Origin: Enterobacter phage EspM4VN
Sequence record: LC373201.2
Length of the DNA stretch: 64,000 bases
Direction: 5' to 3' (one strand)
Shown here: in pieces, positions 37,012-46,325 of the stretch
Layout: every line of letters begins with the position of its first letter
Position numbering within the stretch: the first letter of the stretch is position 1
Made by a program: the position numbers and the translations under genes
Notes under the pieces: model-generated
The model's input: only the letters and a program-made list of their open reading frames with translations
The model's database searches: none
Told to the model about the DNA's origin: nothing

Positions 37012-37649
37012 TGAACATCACTCCATCCCAGACCGGATATGAACATATCTTGGTCTTCATTGCCCTACAGGGTGCGAAGGAAGGCATCATCGTATCCGAG
37101 TACTCGGGCACAGTTCGCCTTGCTGACTACGTCGCGCCGGAGGCATTCATCAAGAAGTGCATTGATGCATGGTGCCTCTATGCCCTCGGCACGTATCCTG
37201 CTCCTCCGGCTGGTGAGCTGTTGTTTACCGTACCGACTCCGGCTGCTGGAGATACAGACGCGATCTTTGCCGATATGCTGGCCAAGGGGTATCTGGTGTA
37301 TGACATCACCCACGATGTCTATTCCTTCACCTCCCTGAACACTGTGTTTGGGTTCACCATCACATCTGAAGCCAACATTCCCGACTGGGGTATCTTGGCA
37401 TGGGGTGTTGACGGCCTGGGCGCAACTTATGCATCGTCCGACGTCGGTCCCGTTCTGATTGACGAGGGTGTAACCATGGAGCAGTACCTTGCCCAGTTCC
37501 CTCAGCACAATATCACAGGCAGCGACATCATTTTGGTCCAGCCTGGCGCTATCGCTCTACCCCGTTTGGTGGATGGCTGGAAACCACAGCTGAAGGACAT
37601 CATAGCAGGAATCAGATTCCACATTCCGGTTGTGAATCCGACGCCGTAA
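37011..37649 (+). CDS. hypothetical protein (212 aa)
   Basis: ATG 37011 overlaps upstream stop (TAATG), RBS GAGGA. Confidence 0.5.
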   Translation: MNITPSQTGYEHILVFIALQGAKEGIIVSEYSGTVRLADYVAPEAFIKKCIDAWCLYALGTYPAPPAGELLFTVPTPAAGDTDAIFADMLAKGYLVYDITHDVYSFTSLNTVFGFTITSEANIPDWGILAWGVDGLGATYASSDVGPVLIDEGVTMEQYLAQFPQHNITGSDIILVQPGAIALPRLVDGWKPQLKDIIAGIRFHIPVVNPTP

Positions 37650-37679
37650 AAATAATTCAATAAAAGGGGCTTTTGCCCC

Positions 37680-37708
37680 TTTACTTCTTCAATATCCTTC
37701 CTTATACT
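37680..37708 (+). promoter_or_regulatory. T4-type early promoter TTTACT-N17-TATACT (copy of the 1187 element)
   Basis: TTTACT 37680-37685, TATACT 37703-37708; flanks near-identical to 1161-1262. Confidence 0.55.
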
Positions 37709-37756
37709 TCATTCCATAAGCAGTACGACACCAACTTGAAAAGCAGGAACTATATT

Positions 37757-38128
37757 ATGAACGCAATCGAAACAGATTTCACCAAATCAGAAATGTCTAT
37801 CCTTGAATCCTTTGGCTTCGGCGTTGTAACCCTCGAAGGTCAAATCGTCGACCGTGGCTTACCGGACAACGTTGAAATGGGTATCATGACTAATGGTGAT
37901 CGCGACGCCGTGATGAAGGCAGTTCACGCAAAATTCCTGGCCGAAGGTTGGAATTTTAAGAATTCCCCCATTGACGGCAAACCAGTCAACCACATGCACC
38001 ACACGATCTTCCTGAAAGACGGATTCCAGATCGGTTTCTATTCTATGGATGCCGTCGTCGAATCTGGCGCATCCCTGGTTGAGTATAAAGACCATTACCT
38101 GAGCGTTTCTAAATCCACTTGGGCTTAA
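37757..38128 (+). CDS. hypothetical protein (123 aa)
   Basis: ORF after early promoter and TIR motif. Confidence 0.55.
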   Translation: MNAIETDFTKSEMSILESFGFGVVTLEGQIVDRGLPDNVEMGIMTNGDRDAVMKAVHAKFLAEGWNFKNSPIDGKPVNHMHHTIFLKDGFQIGFYSMDAVVESGASLVEYKDHYLSVSKSTWA

Positions 38129-38150
38129 TTTGAACTGAAGGAACTATATC

Positions 38151-38462
38151 ATGAAAGCTAAAATCTCTGTTTGGGCGTTCAACAATTTTACTCGTTTCGA
38201 TGCCATCGCAAACGCTCTGGGTTGTGAGTCCAATCCCACGAAAACATATGACCGCGCCGACTCAGTAAAAATGGTCAACTCCAACAATGACTTCAAAATG
38301 GATTTACTGCCCTTCTTGAGCGTCATAAAAGAACGTGTTTCCGAACAAGAATTTTCTTGCCTGAACAACACATTGTTTAAGAAGAACGGTGAAATCCGTA
38401 AATTGGAAGGCAAGGAAATCAAGTGGGCGTTTGACGACTTCTTTTTAGTTTTCAATTTCTAA
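38151..38462 (+). CDS. hypothetical protein (103 aa)
   Basis: ORF after perfect TIR motif TTTGAACTGAAGGAACTATATCATG. Confidence 0.5.
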   Translation: MKAKISVWAFNNFTRFDAIANALGCESNPTKTYDRADSVKMVNSNNDFKMDLLPFLSVIKERVSEQEFSCLNNTLFKKNGEIRKLEGKEIKWAFDDFFLVFNF

Positions 38463-38535
38463 ACCACAACGGCTTCGGCTCCCTTTTGGTTTCGCTAATT
38501 AAGGGAAACCGCCATATTCCATCAGGAGATACAAA

Positions 38536-40176
38536 ATGTCAAAGCCAAGTTTCCTCCAGTTCATGCAGGAGAAAGACCAGTTGGACGAAGCGTTCAACTC
38601 CGCTCCGTATGAGCTGACCATGGGTAAGAAGAACGCAGGCGATGTGTTCTTCACCTTCATCGACGAAGATGAAAAGGAATACCGCATTCAGTTCTATACC
38701 CCACAGGGGCTGGGCAAGAACGTTCGTCAGGTCTTCATCGGCCAGAAACGCGGCTCCGTCTATCCTGATGCTATCGCTCGCTTCAAGAACCCAATGCGTG
38801 TTATCGCCTCCATGATCGAAGCGACCAAGCAGTTCTTGGCGACTCCTCTGGGCAAGACCATCGATGGCTATGCTGTCAACTTCTCTAAGAAAGCGCTGGA
38901 TCGCGGGATGACCCTGATTCCAAAGATCATCCGCCAGTCCGGCCTGAAGCAGAAACTGAACGTCATGGATCTGACCTACGCGCCTGTCCCTGACCGTGGT
39001 TATGTTTGGCTGGTTCGTAAGGGCAAAGATCCGGCTCAGGTATTCGACGGTCCGAAGATGCAGGGCATCACCTGGGACGATCCGGACAAGGTCGGCGACG
39101 TTCCGGTTCAGTCCAATGCTCCAGACGTAGGGGCTTCGTCAAACAATCCCGATTGGAACATCTCCGTCATGGCGAAATCCAACGGCATCTTCAGTTCTGT
39201 TGTGAAGGTAGTCGGTGCCAACGACGTGACTCTGAGTTCCAACGATCTGGCCATCATGGTCAAAGATGGCGCAATGGCGAAGATTGCTCGCACCCAAACC
39301 ATCGCCCAGGTAACTGTGTTCAACAAAGAGTATGTTGGTCGTGGGGAAGTGGATCGCAAAATCATGGCGATGTCAGATCGTCAGGGTATGGGTTGGGAAC
39401 TGAAGTCTGGTGGTAAGATTGTGGCCTATGTTGAATTTGGCGTTGGGGCTGTGGCTCCTGTTCAAACCACTGCAGCCGAACTCACAACAGACCGCTGGCG
39501 TGCTCTGGTAAACGCATTCTACAAAGTAAATGAACTTCGTGGTGTGTCTTCTTCTACGATGGCCTCCGGTAGTGTCTCTTTTGGTGCGAAAGGGGCTGTA
39601 ACAGCGACGATAAACCGTGGCATCAGAAAAGAAGACGATCCCGTCGTATTGACTGTCAAAGCAATTACCGAATATGGACCGAATGGGAAGACCATCGGCC
39701 AGCCTATCGTCATCCGCGACATCGACATCACCAAACCTTCCAAACTGACCGCAATAGTGCAAACCGCTATTGACCGCTTGGCACCCTTGGTTCTAGCGAC
39801 CACTAAAAAGACTGGTGTAGACCTTGCAACATACGCTGGTTCCATCCGCGACAACGCTCCAAAAGGCCGCGACCTGGATTGGCAGATCTATGCAAGCCGC
39901 GATGGCCAGACCCTGAACGTGGACTGGGATATCACCTTCCGTCGTAACACAACCGAAGGTGCTTTCCGTGAGTTCAAGGCTCAAATCGATCGCGCTAACC
40001 AGTACCTGCAGACCCTGTATCAGGATGCGAAGTCTAAGGGATACAACCCGACCGAGCCAAACCTGATGACTCTGGCTCGTGCCCAGCAGTCTGACGAATG
40101 GGCTGCAAGCAACGGGGAAAGCGCGTACAGCGAGTACGAGCAGTCCCTGGGCGGCAACATGCAGATTAAGATCTGA
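38536..40176 (+). CDS. hypothetical protein (546 aa)
   Basis: Long ORF with RBS AGGAGA; no family recognised. Confidence 0.55.
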   Translation: MSKPSFLQFMQEKDQLDEAFNSAPYELTMGKKNAGDVFFTFIDEDEKEYRIQFYTPQGLGKNVRQVFIGQKRGSVYPDAIARFKNPMRVIASMIEATKQFLATPLGKTIDGYAVNFSKKALDRGMTLIPKIIRQSGLKQKLNVMDLTYAPVPDRGYVWLVRKGKDPAQVFDGPKMQGITWDDPDKVGDVPVQSNAPDVGASSNNPDWNISVMAKSNGIFSSVVKVVGANDVTLSSNDLAIMVKDGAMAKIARTQTIAQVTVFNKEYVGRGEVDRKIMAMSDRQGMGWELKSGGKIVAYVEFGVGAVAPVQTTAAELTTDRWRALVNAFYKVNELRGVSSSTMASGSVSFGAKGAVTATINRGIRKEDDPVVLTVKAITEYGPNGKTIGQPIVIRDIDITKPSKLTAIVQTAIDRLAPLVLATTKKTGVDLATYAGSIRDNAPKGRDLDWQIYASRDGQTLNVDWDITFRRNTTEGAFREFKAQIDRANQYLQTLYQDAKSKGYNPTEPNLMTLARAQQSDEWAASNGESAYSEYEQSLGGNMQIKI

Positions 40177-40200
40177 TCATCGAAAGCCCCTTCGGGGGCT

Positions 40201-40208
40201 TATAAATA
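40201..40208 (+). promoter_or_regulatory. T4-type late promoter TATAAATA
   Basis: Exact TATAAATA 25 nt upstream of ATG 40233, abutting hairpin AAAGCCCC-TTCG-GGGGCTT. Confidence 0.55.
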
Positions 40209-40232
40209 ACTGAAATCCCCGAGGAGATTAAG

Positions 40233-40802
40233 ATGAAACCGTTCCTTCAATACTTCAAAGAACAAGCCGCTCAGCCTCAGACCCATGCTGGCATCCAGGG
40301 CAAGAGTGTATCCATCAAAAGCCAAGCTGATGGAACATTGTGGTGCTCTGGAGCAGTCATCACCCAGATCACCCCCGACAATCAGGCCGACGTCTATAAC
40401 CTGGAACTCACTGACGGCAACACAGCAAAAGTCAGACTGACACCAGATCAGACCCATGGCATCACCCAAGGCCAGGAAGTTGTTGCTGTCCACGGCGGGT
40501 TCGAATTCTTCTTCGGCAAGTCTGCTGACAAAGGCCAGGTGACTGAAGCCTATGCTCAGGAACTGGCGAACATGGACAAGATGATCGGCAACGCGCTGGG
40601 TGTTGGCAAATCTCGTAAGAGTGGTCGCACCGAGTTCGAATACTCCGGCATCCCAGGCCATGGCAAAGCCATCACCGTGAACTTCGGCGGCGAAGACGAC
40701 CCGTATGTGATCGTCACCTGCAACGGCAAGGAGCAGGACATCAGCAAGGGTAAAAACCTGGCTGCTGATATCGCCAAGTTCCTCGGCGTTAAGCCTGTCT
40801 AA
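40233..40802 (+). CDS. hypothetical protein (189 aa), late-promoter driven
   Basis: ORF with RBS GAGGAG downstream of TATAAATA. Confidence 0.5.
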   Translation: MKPFLQYFKEQAAQPQTHAGIQGKSVSIKSQADGTLWCSGAVITQITPDNQADVYNLELTDGNTAKVRLTPDQTHGITQGQEVVAVHGGFEFFFGKSADKGQVTEAYAQELANMDKMIGNALGVGKSRKSGRTEFEYSGIPGHGKAITVNFGGEDDPYVIVTCNGKEQDISKGKNLAADIAKFLGVKPV

Positions 40803-40811
40803 GGAGGTTGT

Positions 40812-41294
40812 ATGAAAGGGTTTAAAGACTTCCTAACGGAGGCCAAGCAAGTTGGATGGCGTTTAGTCAAGACTGAATGGACTTGTTCCCTTGTGTACGA
40901 CAGCAAAGGTCCGAGCTATTCAATCTATCAAGGCAAGACTCCTGGTACGTTCTACGGGCACAAGTCCCCTAGTGGTTCGGCCATCAAAGGTGAGCCACAG
41001 GAATTGGCCGAGAAGCTGAAGCTACCTCCTATCCCAGACGATCTGCTCAAAGCATTCCTGGAGGGGGTTAAGAATCTAAAGACCGAAGGCGTGGATCACC
41101 GGGCGCTGGGGCAGCGTGGCCTGTACGACATCACCGACGTTGGCCGCCCCAACAAAGGCGATCTGATTGATTTTTACGATCGCAACGGGGACAAACATCA
41201 GGGGAAAGTGAAGTCTGTGAACGCACAGAATATTATGACCCTGACAAACACCAGCACGGGTGAAACCGTCAAGCTGACTCTGATCAAGCCGTGA
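40812..41294 (+). CDS. hypothetical protein (160 aa)
   Basis: ORF with RBS AAGGAGG. Confidence 0.5.
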   Translation: MKGFKDFLTEAKQVGWRLVKTEWTCSLVYDSKGPSYSIYQGKTPGTFYGHKSPSGSAIKGEPQELAEKLKLPPIPDDLLKAFLEGVKNLKTEGVDHRALGQRGLYDITDVGRPNKGDLIDFYDRNGDKHQGKVKSVNAQNIMTLTNTSTGETVKLTLIKP

Positions 41295-41299
41295 TTACA

Positions 41300-41330
41300 A
41301 TCCCCCTAAATACAGGGGGATTTCTTTTTC
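41300..41330 (+). terminator. rho-independent terminator
   Basis: ATCCCCC-TAAATACA-GGGGGA then TTTCTTTTTC. Confidence 0.65.
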
Positions 41331-41344
41331 TGAGGAAACAAATC

Positions 41345-41698
41345 ATGGTTAACGCGAGTATTTTCATCAACCGTGGACTGCTTGCTATAGCCCACTCTCA
41401 TGCCTTGCACTTCGTTACAACGTCCTATGCCAAGCACAAGGCGCTCGGGGAGTTCTACGGGGAACTGGAGGACTTGCTGGACACGTTTACCGAAGCATAC
41501 ATCGGCGCGGGTGGTCAGTATGTTCCGTCATTTGAGAACATCAAGCTCTACAACCCAGACCCTATCTCCTATGTCAACAGCGTGGTGATAGACGTCGATG
41601 GCATCTACAGGCAATGTGACTCCCACCTTCAGAACACGCTTGATGAAATCAAGACGCTGTGCTATCAGACGATCTACAAACTGAAGCAACTCGGGTAG
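41345..41698 (+). CDS. hypothetical protein (117 aa)
   Basis: ATG 41345 after TGAGGAAACAAATC. Confidence 0.45.
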   Translation: MVNASIFINRGLLAIAHSHALHFVTTSYAKHKALGEFYGELEDLLDTFTEAYIGAGGQYVPSFENIKLYNPDPISYVNSVVIDVDGIYRQCDSHLQNTLDEIKTLCYQTIYKLKQLG

Positions 41699-41757
41699 TT
41701 TCTATACAACATGGCGTGAGTATCATATGAGAATCTTTCCCAACAAGGACTCACGCC

Positions 41758-42267
41758 ATGACCTGTATATCCATCCCGCATTACATCGCTGGTTTCAATC
41801 GCCCAGACAATTCAACTCCGGAAGTGTTCAGGAAGTCACAAAAAGTCATAGAAAAGGCATTGAAGACAGCCGTGATTTGTGGTGGGTTTCATCTGTACAA
41901 GAAAGTGAAGCATTTCGCTTCACCGAATCTGATCTCTGTTTGTGACCCCTATATTTCCGAAGCGAATTGCGTGCCTGTCAATTGTTTCACTTTGCCAAGC
42001 GTTGTTATGTCGGAACAATTCAACACTCGTTGTTCTGAAGAATTATTGACGGACTGGCGTTCCCTGAAGGATCAATATGTGTCATGGGTCAGAACTGCCT
42101 ATCCCAGCATGGAAATTTACACAGACATCCGTTGTGAAGAAGAGGTGGCCTGTGCTCGCATTTGGGCGATAGACATTGAGTGTGTAGACTACAGCATGCA
42201 GACCCTGCGGTTTATCAACAAAGAAGACGCTATTGCCGCTGTCGAGATGATCAGGGGTGCGATGTAA
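41758..42267 (+). CDS. hypothetical Cys-rich protein (169 aa)
   Basis: ORF; start uncertain. Confidence 0.4.
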   Translation: MTCISIPHYIAGFNRPDNSTPEVFRKSQKVIEKALKTAVICGGFHLYKKVKHFASPNLISVCDPYISEANCVPVNCFTLPSVVMSEQFNTRCSEELLTDWRSLKDQYVSWVRTAYPSMEIYTDIRCEEEVACARIWAIDIECVDYSMQTLRFINKEDAIAAVEMIRGAM

Positions 42268-42878
42268 TGGCCAAGATCTATGTCCCAACGCATCGTGAAG
42301 GATGTGAGATCGCGGCCAACTACCTGCGCGGTCGTATGAACTGCGGTGCAGTCTTCATCGAGCCAAATTCGTTTGACAACAAAGAGTCACCAGATGCAAT
42401 CGGATTCCGCTCGGGTGGTTGCTCTATCCTGGCTGAAGTCAAAGTCTCCCGCGCCGACTTCCTCACTGACAAGAAGAAGCCTCACCGCATGGATCCAACG
42501 ACGGGCATGGGCGCATACCGATTTTATGTCTGTCCTCAGGATGTGATCAGGGTTGAAGACCTGCCGCCGAAGTGGGGACTGTTCTACTTCACATCCCGCA
42601 AATCTCTGATGCCCGTTCATGTGCCAGACATGCAGTACTCTTCATTGTCATCACCAGAGCATTATCAGAAGTATCTTGATGAACAGATCAAGAGAGGAAG
42701 AACCGTCACCCGGCATATGCGCAGCTACATGGAACTTCTCGACGGCTTCGCCCACTTTGAGCGCAACACGGCTGGAGAACAGAATATCCTGTATGGGGCT
42801 TGGCGGCAACTGTGTATAGCTCAAAGTCGTGGTGTAGACTATACTGTGACCGAAGTGTTCCAGAGGCCGAAGATCTAA
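42267..42878 (+). CDS. PD-(D/E)XK-like nuclease-fold protein (tentative)
   Basis: ATG 42267 overlapping upstream stop; SPDAIGFRSGGCSILAEVKVSRADF fits D..(12)..EVK. Confidence 0.35.
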   Translation: MAKIYVPTHREGCEIAANYLRGRMNCGAVFIEPNSFDNKESPDAIGFRSGGCSILAEVKVSRADFLTDKKKPHRMDPTTGMGAYRFYVCPQDVIRVEDLPPKWGLFYFTSRKSLMPVHVPDMQYSSLSSPEHYQKYLDEQIKRGRTVTRHMRSYMELLDGFAHFERNTAGEQNILYGAWRQLCIAQSRGVDYTVTEVFQRPKI

Positions 42879-43936
42879 TGAAATTTCTTGACGAGCAATT
42901 TATCAACAACGTGTCACCCCGCCTTGACAAGTTCAAGTGGGAGCGCGTTGGTACTGTCGCAAACTTCCGTTGTCCCCTGTGTGGTGACTCCACGAAGTCT
43001 GCCAACAAGCGCCGTGGATACTTCTTCTATGATCGGGATCATGACTGCTTCCGGTTCAAGTGCCACAACTGCAACCAGATGAATGGCTGGTCATTTGAGT
43101 TCTGGCTGAAGAAGTTCGATGAGCGTCTCTCAACCGAATACAACATGGAGAAGTTCCGCCTGCTGGGCGATACGTCGGGCAGACCACTTCCTTCCCTGAA
43201 GCCGTTGCCAAAGCTGACACAGACCGCCCGTATCGGCTCGGTGGCGGCGAAACGCGATGAGAGCCTCCTCGGCAATATGCTGCGCCTTGATCTGCTACCG
43301 CCTGACCATAAGGCTCGCCAGTACGTACAGTGGCGTGGACTGCCGGAGAGCACTTGGTCTTTGCTATACTATACGCAGCGCTTCCGCGAAGACCTGAAGC
43401 TGTTTGAAACAGATCCTGAAAAGCAGCTGAAGATCCCCGACGATGAGCGGCTGGTGATCCCATTCTGGACGCAAGATGGACGGATGAAGATCGTCCAGGG
43501 GCGTGCATTCGACGAATCAGCCACACTGCGGTACGCAACAGTCAAGCCCAAGGATGAAGACACGAAGGTGTACGGTGAAGACCGTGTGATGTTCAACAAG
43601 ACCAAATTGGTGGTGGAAGGTCCGATTGACAGCCTCTTCCTGCCCAATTGCATGGCATCAGCTGACGCCGACTTATTGAGTGTGAAGGGCGACATCTATA
43701 TCCCTGACAACCAGTACCGGAACCCACAGGTGTGTGACGGCATTCAGAAGATGATAGATAAAGGTGTCAAGGTCGTGCTGTTCCCGCCTGACGTTCCGTG
43801 GAAGGATATCAACGACATGCTCATGCCCAGCAAGGGTAACATGGCAATACAAGACCTCCTGAAGCTGATCGCCAAGAACGTCTACCAGGGTATGGCCGCC
43901 TCATTACAATTTGCTGAACTGAGGAAAGTGCGATGA
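42878..43936 (+). CDS. 61: DNA primase gp61
   Basis: Zinc finger FRCPLCGDSTKSANKRRGYFFYDRDHDCFRFKCHNC vs T4 gp61 FRCPVCGDSKTDQNKARGWYY..IHCYNCNY; VVEGPIDSLF vs T4 VLEGPIDSLF. Confidence 0.8.
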   Translation: MKFLDEQFINNVSPRLDKFKWERVGTVANFRCPLCGDSTKSANKRRGYFFYDRDHDCFRFKCHNCNQMNGWSFEFWLKKFDERLSTEYNMEKFRLLGDTSGRPLPSLKPLPKLTQTARIGSVAAKRDESLLGNMLRLDLLPPDHKARQYVQWRGLPESTWSLLYYTQRFREDLKLFETDPEKQLKIPDDERLVIPFWTQDGRMKIVQGRAFDESATLRYATVKPKDEDTKVYGEDRVMFNKTKLVVEGPIDSLFLPNCMASADADLLSVKGDIYIPDNQYRNPQVCDGIQKMIDKGVKVVLFPPDVPWKDINDMLMPSKGNMAIQDLLKLIAKNVYQGMAASLQFAELRKVR

Positions 43937-44139
43937 CGTTAGAAGAACTGAACAAACTGGACGACGGGGAGATTGTGCGGGGGTACTTGAAATCTCGTGA
44001 GGGGTATGTCCTATCTGGGGAAGAGTCTCCGAGTTTCATCCACGGCTGGAAGAACGGTCAGGTGGACTTCCATGGGGTTCCCATCAGTGCTGAGCAGGCA
44101 GAATTGGCTCGCGAGTTTGTAAGAGTCCGCCCGAACTAA
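43933..44139 (+). CDS. hypothetical protein (68 aa)
   Basis: ORF overlapping primase stop (ATGA). Confidence 0.4.
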   Translation: MTLEELNKLDDGEIVRGYLKSREGYVLSGEESPSFIHGWKNGQVDFHGVPISAEQAELAREFVRVRPN

Positions 44140-44167
44140 AACTTTTTACTTCACATTAATTCCCTCC

Positions 44168-44192
44168 AGGCCTCGTCGAATGAGGCCTTTTA
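44168..44192 (+). terminator. rho-independent terminator
   Basis: AGGCCTC-GTCGAAT-GAGGCCT then TTTTAAAAT. Confidence 0.6.
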
Positions 44193-44232
44193 AAATACTT
44201 CAAAAATATTTTAAAAATTTATTGAAAAAGAC

Positions 44233-44261
44233 TTTACTCTTCAATAATGATGCACTATTAT
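44233..44261 (+). promoter_or_regulatory. T4-type early promoter TTTACT-N17-TATTAT
   Basis: TTTACT 44233-44238, TATTAT 44256-44261. Confidence 0.5.
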
Positions 44262-44334
44262 AGTTCACATAGGGCGGTAACACACCGCCGAATGAAAAGT
44301 GAAACGAACCAACTACATTATGAGGAATTACATC

Positions 44335-44823
44335 ATGGCTACTACCAAAACTCTGATCACCAACGGCACCATCTCTTTCGAACTGAACACCGAAGTTGCT
44401 AAAGTTGAAATGTTCCGCATCGCTCAGGCAGCTGGCTTCACTGGTGGCAAAACTTCCTTCATGAACCTGCTGAACGGCAAAGTGAAAGCGACCAACGGCT
44501 TCACTCTGATCGAGCAGGTTGTGGTTGACAAAGCTGTGGTTGCTAAAACTGCTGACAAAGTTGGCATGCTGAAAGGCCTGGGTCACGACATCCACGTCGT
44601 TGAAGCGAACACCGAAACTTACGGCACCATCGTAGTCGGTAAAGGTCGCATCCAGCTGAACCCGCTGAACAACGGTTCCTTCTCTGTGATGGTCTTCCCT
44701 AAGAAAGGCTACGCAAACGAAGACATCGTGAAAGCAGCAGGCGGCGAAGCCAAAACCCAGTACGTCAAAATGGGTAAACTGAGCGCCGACGCAGTTGAAG
44801 CTCTGGTGAGCAAACTGGCCTAA
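44335..44823 (+). CDS. hypothetical protein (162 aa), probably highly expressed
   Basis: ATG 44335 after TGAGGAATTACATC; strongly biased codon usage. Confidence 0.5.
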   Translation: MATTKTLITNGTISFELNTEVAKVEMFRIAQAAGFTGGKTSFMNLLNGKVKATNGFTLIEQVVVDKAVVAKTADKVGMLKGLGHDIHVVEANTETYGTIVVGKGRIQLNPLNNGSFSVMVFPKKGYANEDIVKAAGGEAKTQYVKMGKLSADAVEALVSKLA

Positions 44824-44884
44824 GCCAGACGCATAACAGGGGAGGCAACTCCCCTCCCATTCAGATTTTTGGTAGGAGATTACC

Positions 44885-45073
44885 ATGCCCCGCGCTGTCA
44901 TTCAAGCCTCTTCAGGCGCTCTCTGGGTTGCTGACCGCATTCCGAACAAAGTCTTCCCTCAGTTCCAAGAGGAACTCGAGCAGGCGATGTTAGCAGTCCT
45001 GGAAAAATACGGGTACGACACTGAAGTTCGTACGTCCTTCAACGAAGTCATGCCAGTGGTGGTAGCAAGATGA
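44885..45073 (+). CDS. hypothetical protein (62 aa)
   Basis: ORF with RBS GGTAGGAG. Confidence 0.4.
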   Translation: MPRAVIQASSGALWVADRIPNKVFPQFQEELEQAMLAVLEKYGYDTEVRTSFNEVMPVVVAR

Positions 45074-45357
45074 TCACTAACGCTGAATTGGTAAGGCAAG
45101 CCAAATTAGATTTGAAAGTGTCATTGGGTCAGACTGACTGGGTGGTCCTATCCGATGACGAAGATTTCGAGCCGAGATTGGTTCGCAGGTTGACTCGCGA
45201 AACCATCATTCTTTCATATCATCGCCGCAATTGCAATTGGTCTGCAAGAGTTATCGGTCAACCATTTTCTGCCGAGGTCGGACCTTCGGCTCCGGAAGCG
45301 TACATCAAATTGCGCAAGGTGGTAGAATTTATGGCATCGATGCTCAAAGACATGTAG
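45070..45357 (+). CDS. hypothetical protein (95 aa)
   Basis: ORF overlapping upstream stop. Confidence 0.4.
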   Translation: MITNAELVRQAKLDLKVSLGQTDWVVLSDDEDFEPRLVRRLTRETIILSYHRRNCNWSARVIGQPFSAEVGPSAPEAYIKLRKVVEFMASMLKDM

Positions 45358-45426
45358 TACAGCAGTTCCTCAAGTAGTTCACTTTCACTTTAAATACCTC
45401 TGCATTCATTGTGGAGGTATTTTCTT

Positions 45427-46221
45427 ATGGCCATTCTAAAACTTGGCACACGCGGCTCTGAAGTCAAATCACTTCAGCAGAGCCTCAACAAAATCGGCTT
45501 CACTCTCGTCGCCGACGGCATCTTTGGTAAGGCAACAGAGAACGCCGTCAAGACCGTTCAGGCGGGTGCGGGGCTTGTCATCGATGGTATCGTGGGTCCA
45601 AAGACCTCCTATGCTATTCGCAACGCCGGAGACGCTCATCAGGATCACCTGACTGAGGCTGACCTTATCGACGCAGCCAACCAGCTGGGAGTTGATCTCG
45701 CCTCTGTGAAGGCAGTCAACCAGGTGGAATCCCGTGGCACTGGCTTCACCAAGTCTGGTAAGATCAAGACATTGTTCGAACGCCACATCATGTACAAGAA
45801 GCTGATGGCGAAGTTCGGCCAGGCTCGGGCGAATGCCATGGGGCAGATGTATCCGACGTTGGTCAGTCCTGCAGCAGGCGGGTATACGGGCGGCGACGCG
45901 GAGTTGGATCGACTTCAGGCGGCGATCAACATCGACGAGGATTGTGCGTACGAGAGCGCTTCATATGGCCTCTTCCAGATCATGGGCTTCAACTGCCAGG
46001 TCTGTGGGTACGCCAACGCCAAGGAGATGTTCAATGACTTCCTGACGGGAGAACGTGCTCATCTGATGGCATTCGTGAAGTTCATCAAGGCCGACGCCAA
46101 GCTCTGGCAGGCTCTGAAGGACAAGAACTGGGCTGAGTTTGCGCGGCGCTATAATGGTCCGGCGTATGCCAAGAACCAGTACGACACGAAGCTTGCAGCA
46201 GCATACAACAGCTTCAATTAA
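45427..46221 (+). CDS. endolysin: N-terminal peptidoglycan-binding domain plus C-terminal muramidase-like domain
   Basis: ATG 45427 after GGAGG; N-term LGTRGSEVKSLQQSLNKIGF...DGIFGKATENAVKTVQ is PG_binding_1-like; C-term resembles DUF3380-type muramidase endolysins. Confidence 0.7.
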   Translation: MAILKLGTRGSEVKSLQQSLNKIGFTLVADGIFGKATENAVKTVQAGAGLVIDGIVGPKTSYAIRNAGDAHQDHLTEADLIDAANQLGVDLASVKAVNQVESRGTGFTKSGKIKTLFERHIMYKKLMAKFGQARANAMGQMYPTLVSPAAGGYTGGDAELDRLQAAINIDEDCAYESASYGLFQIMGFNCQVCGYANAKEMFNDFLTGERAHLMAFVKFIKADAKLWQALKDKNWAEFARRYNGPAYAKNQYDTKLAAAYNSFN

Positions 46222-46226
46222 TCACA

Positions 46227-46250
46227 AGGCCGGAAACGGCCTTTTTCTTT
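46227..46250 (+). terminator. rho-independent terminator
   Basis: AGGCCG-GAAA-CGGCCT then TTTTCTTT. Confidence 0.65.
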
Positions 46251-46325
46251 ATCCAAGCCTCGGGTATGCTGGGTGTGTCGCCTTAATTAAAGGTGATGAC
46301 ACCCCTGAGATATAGGAAGGTTCCC

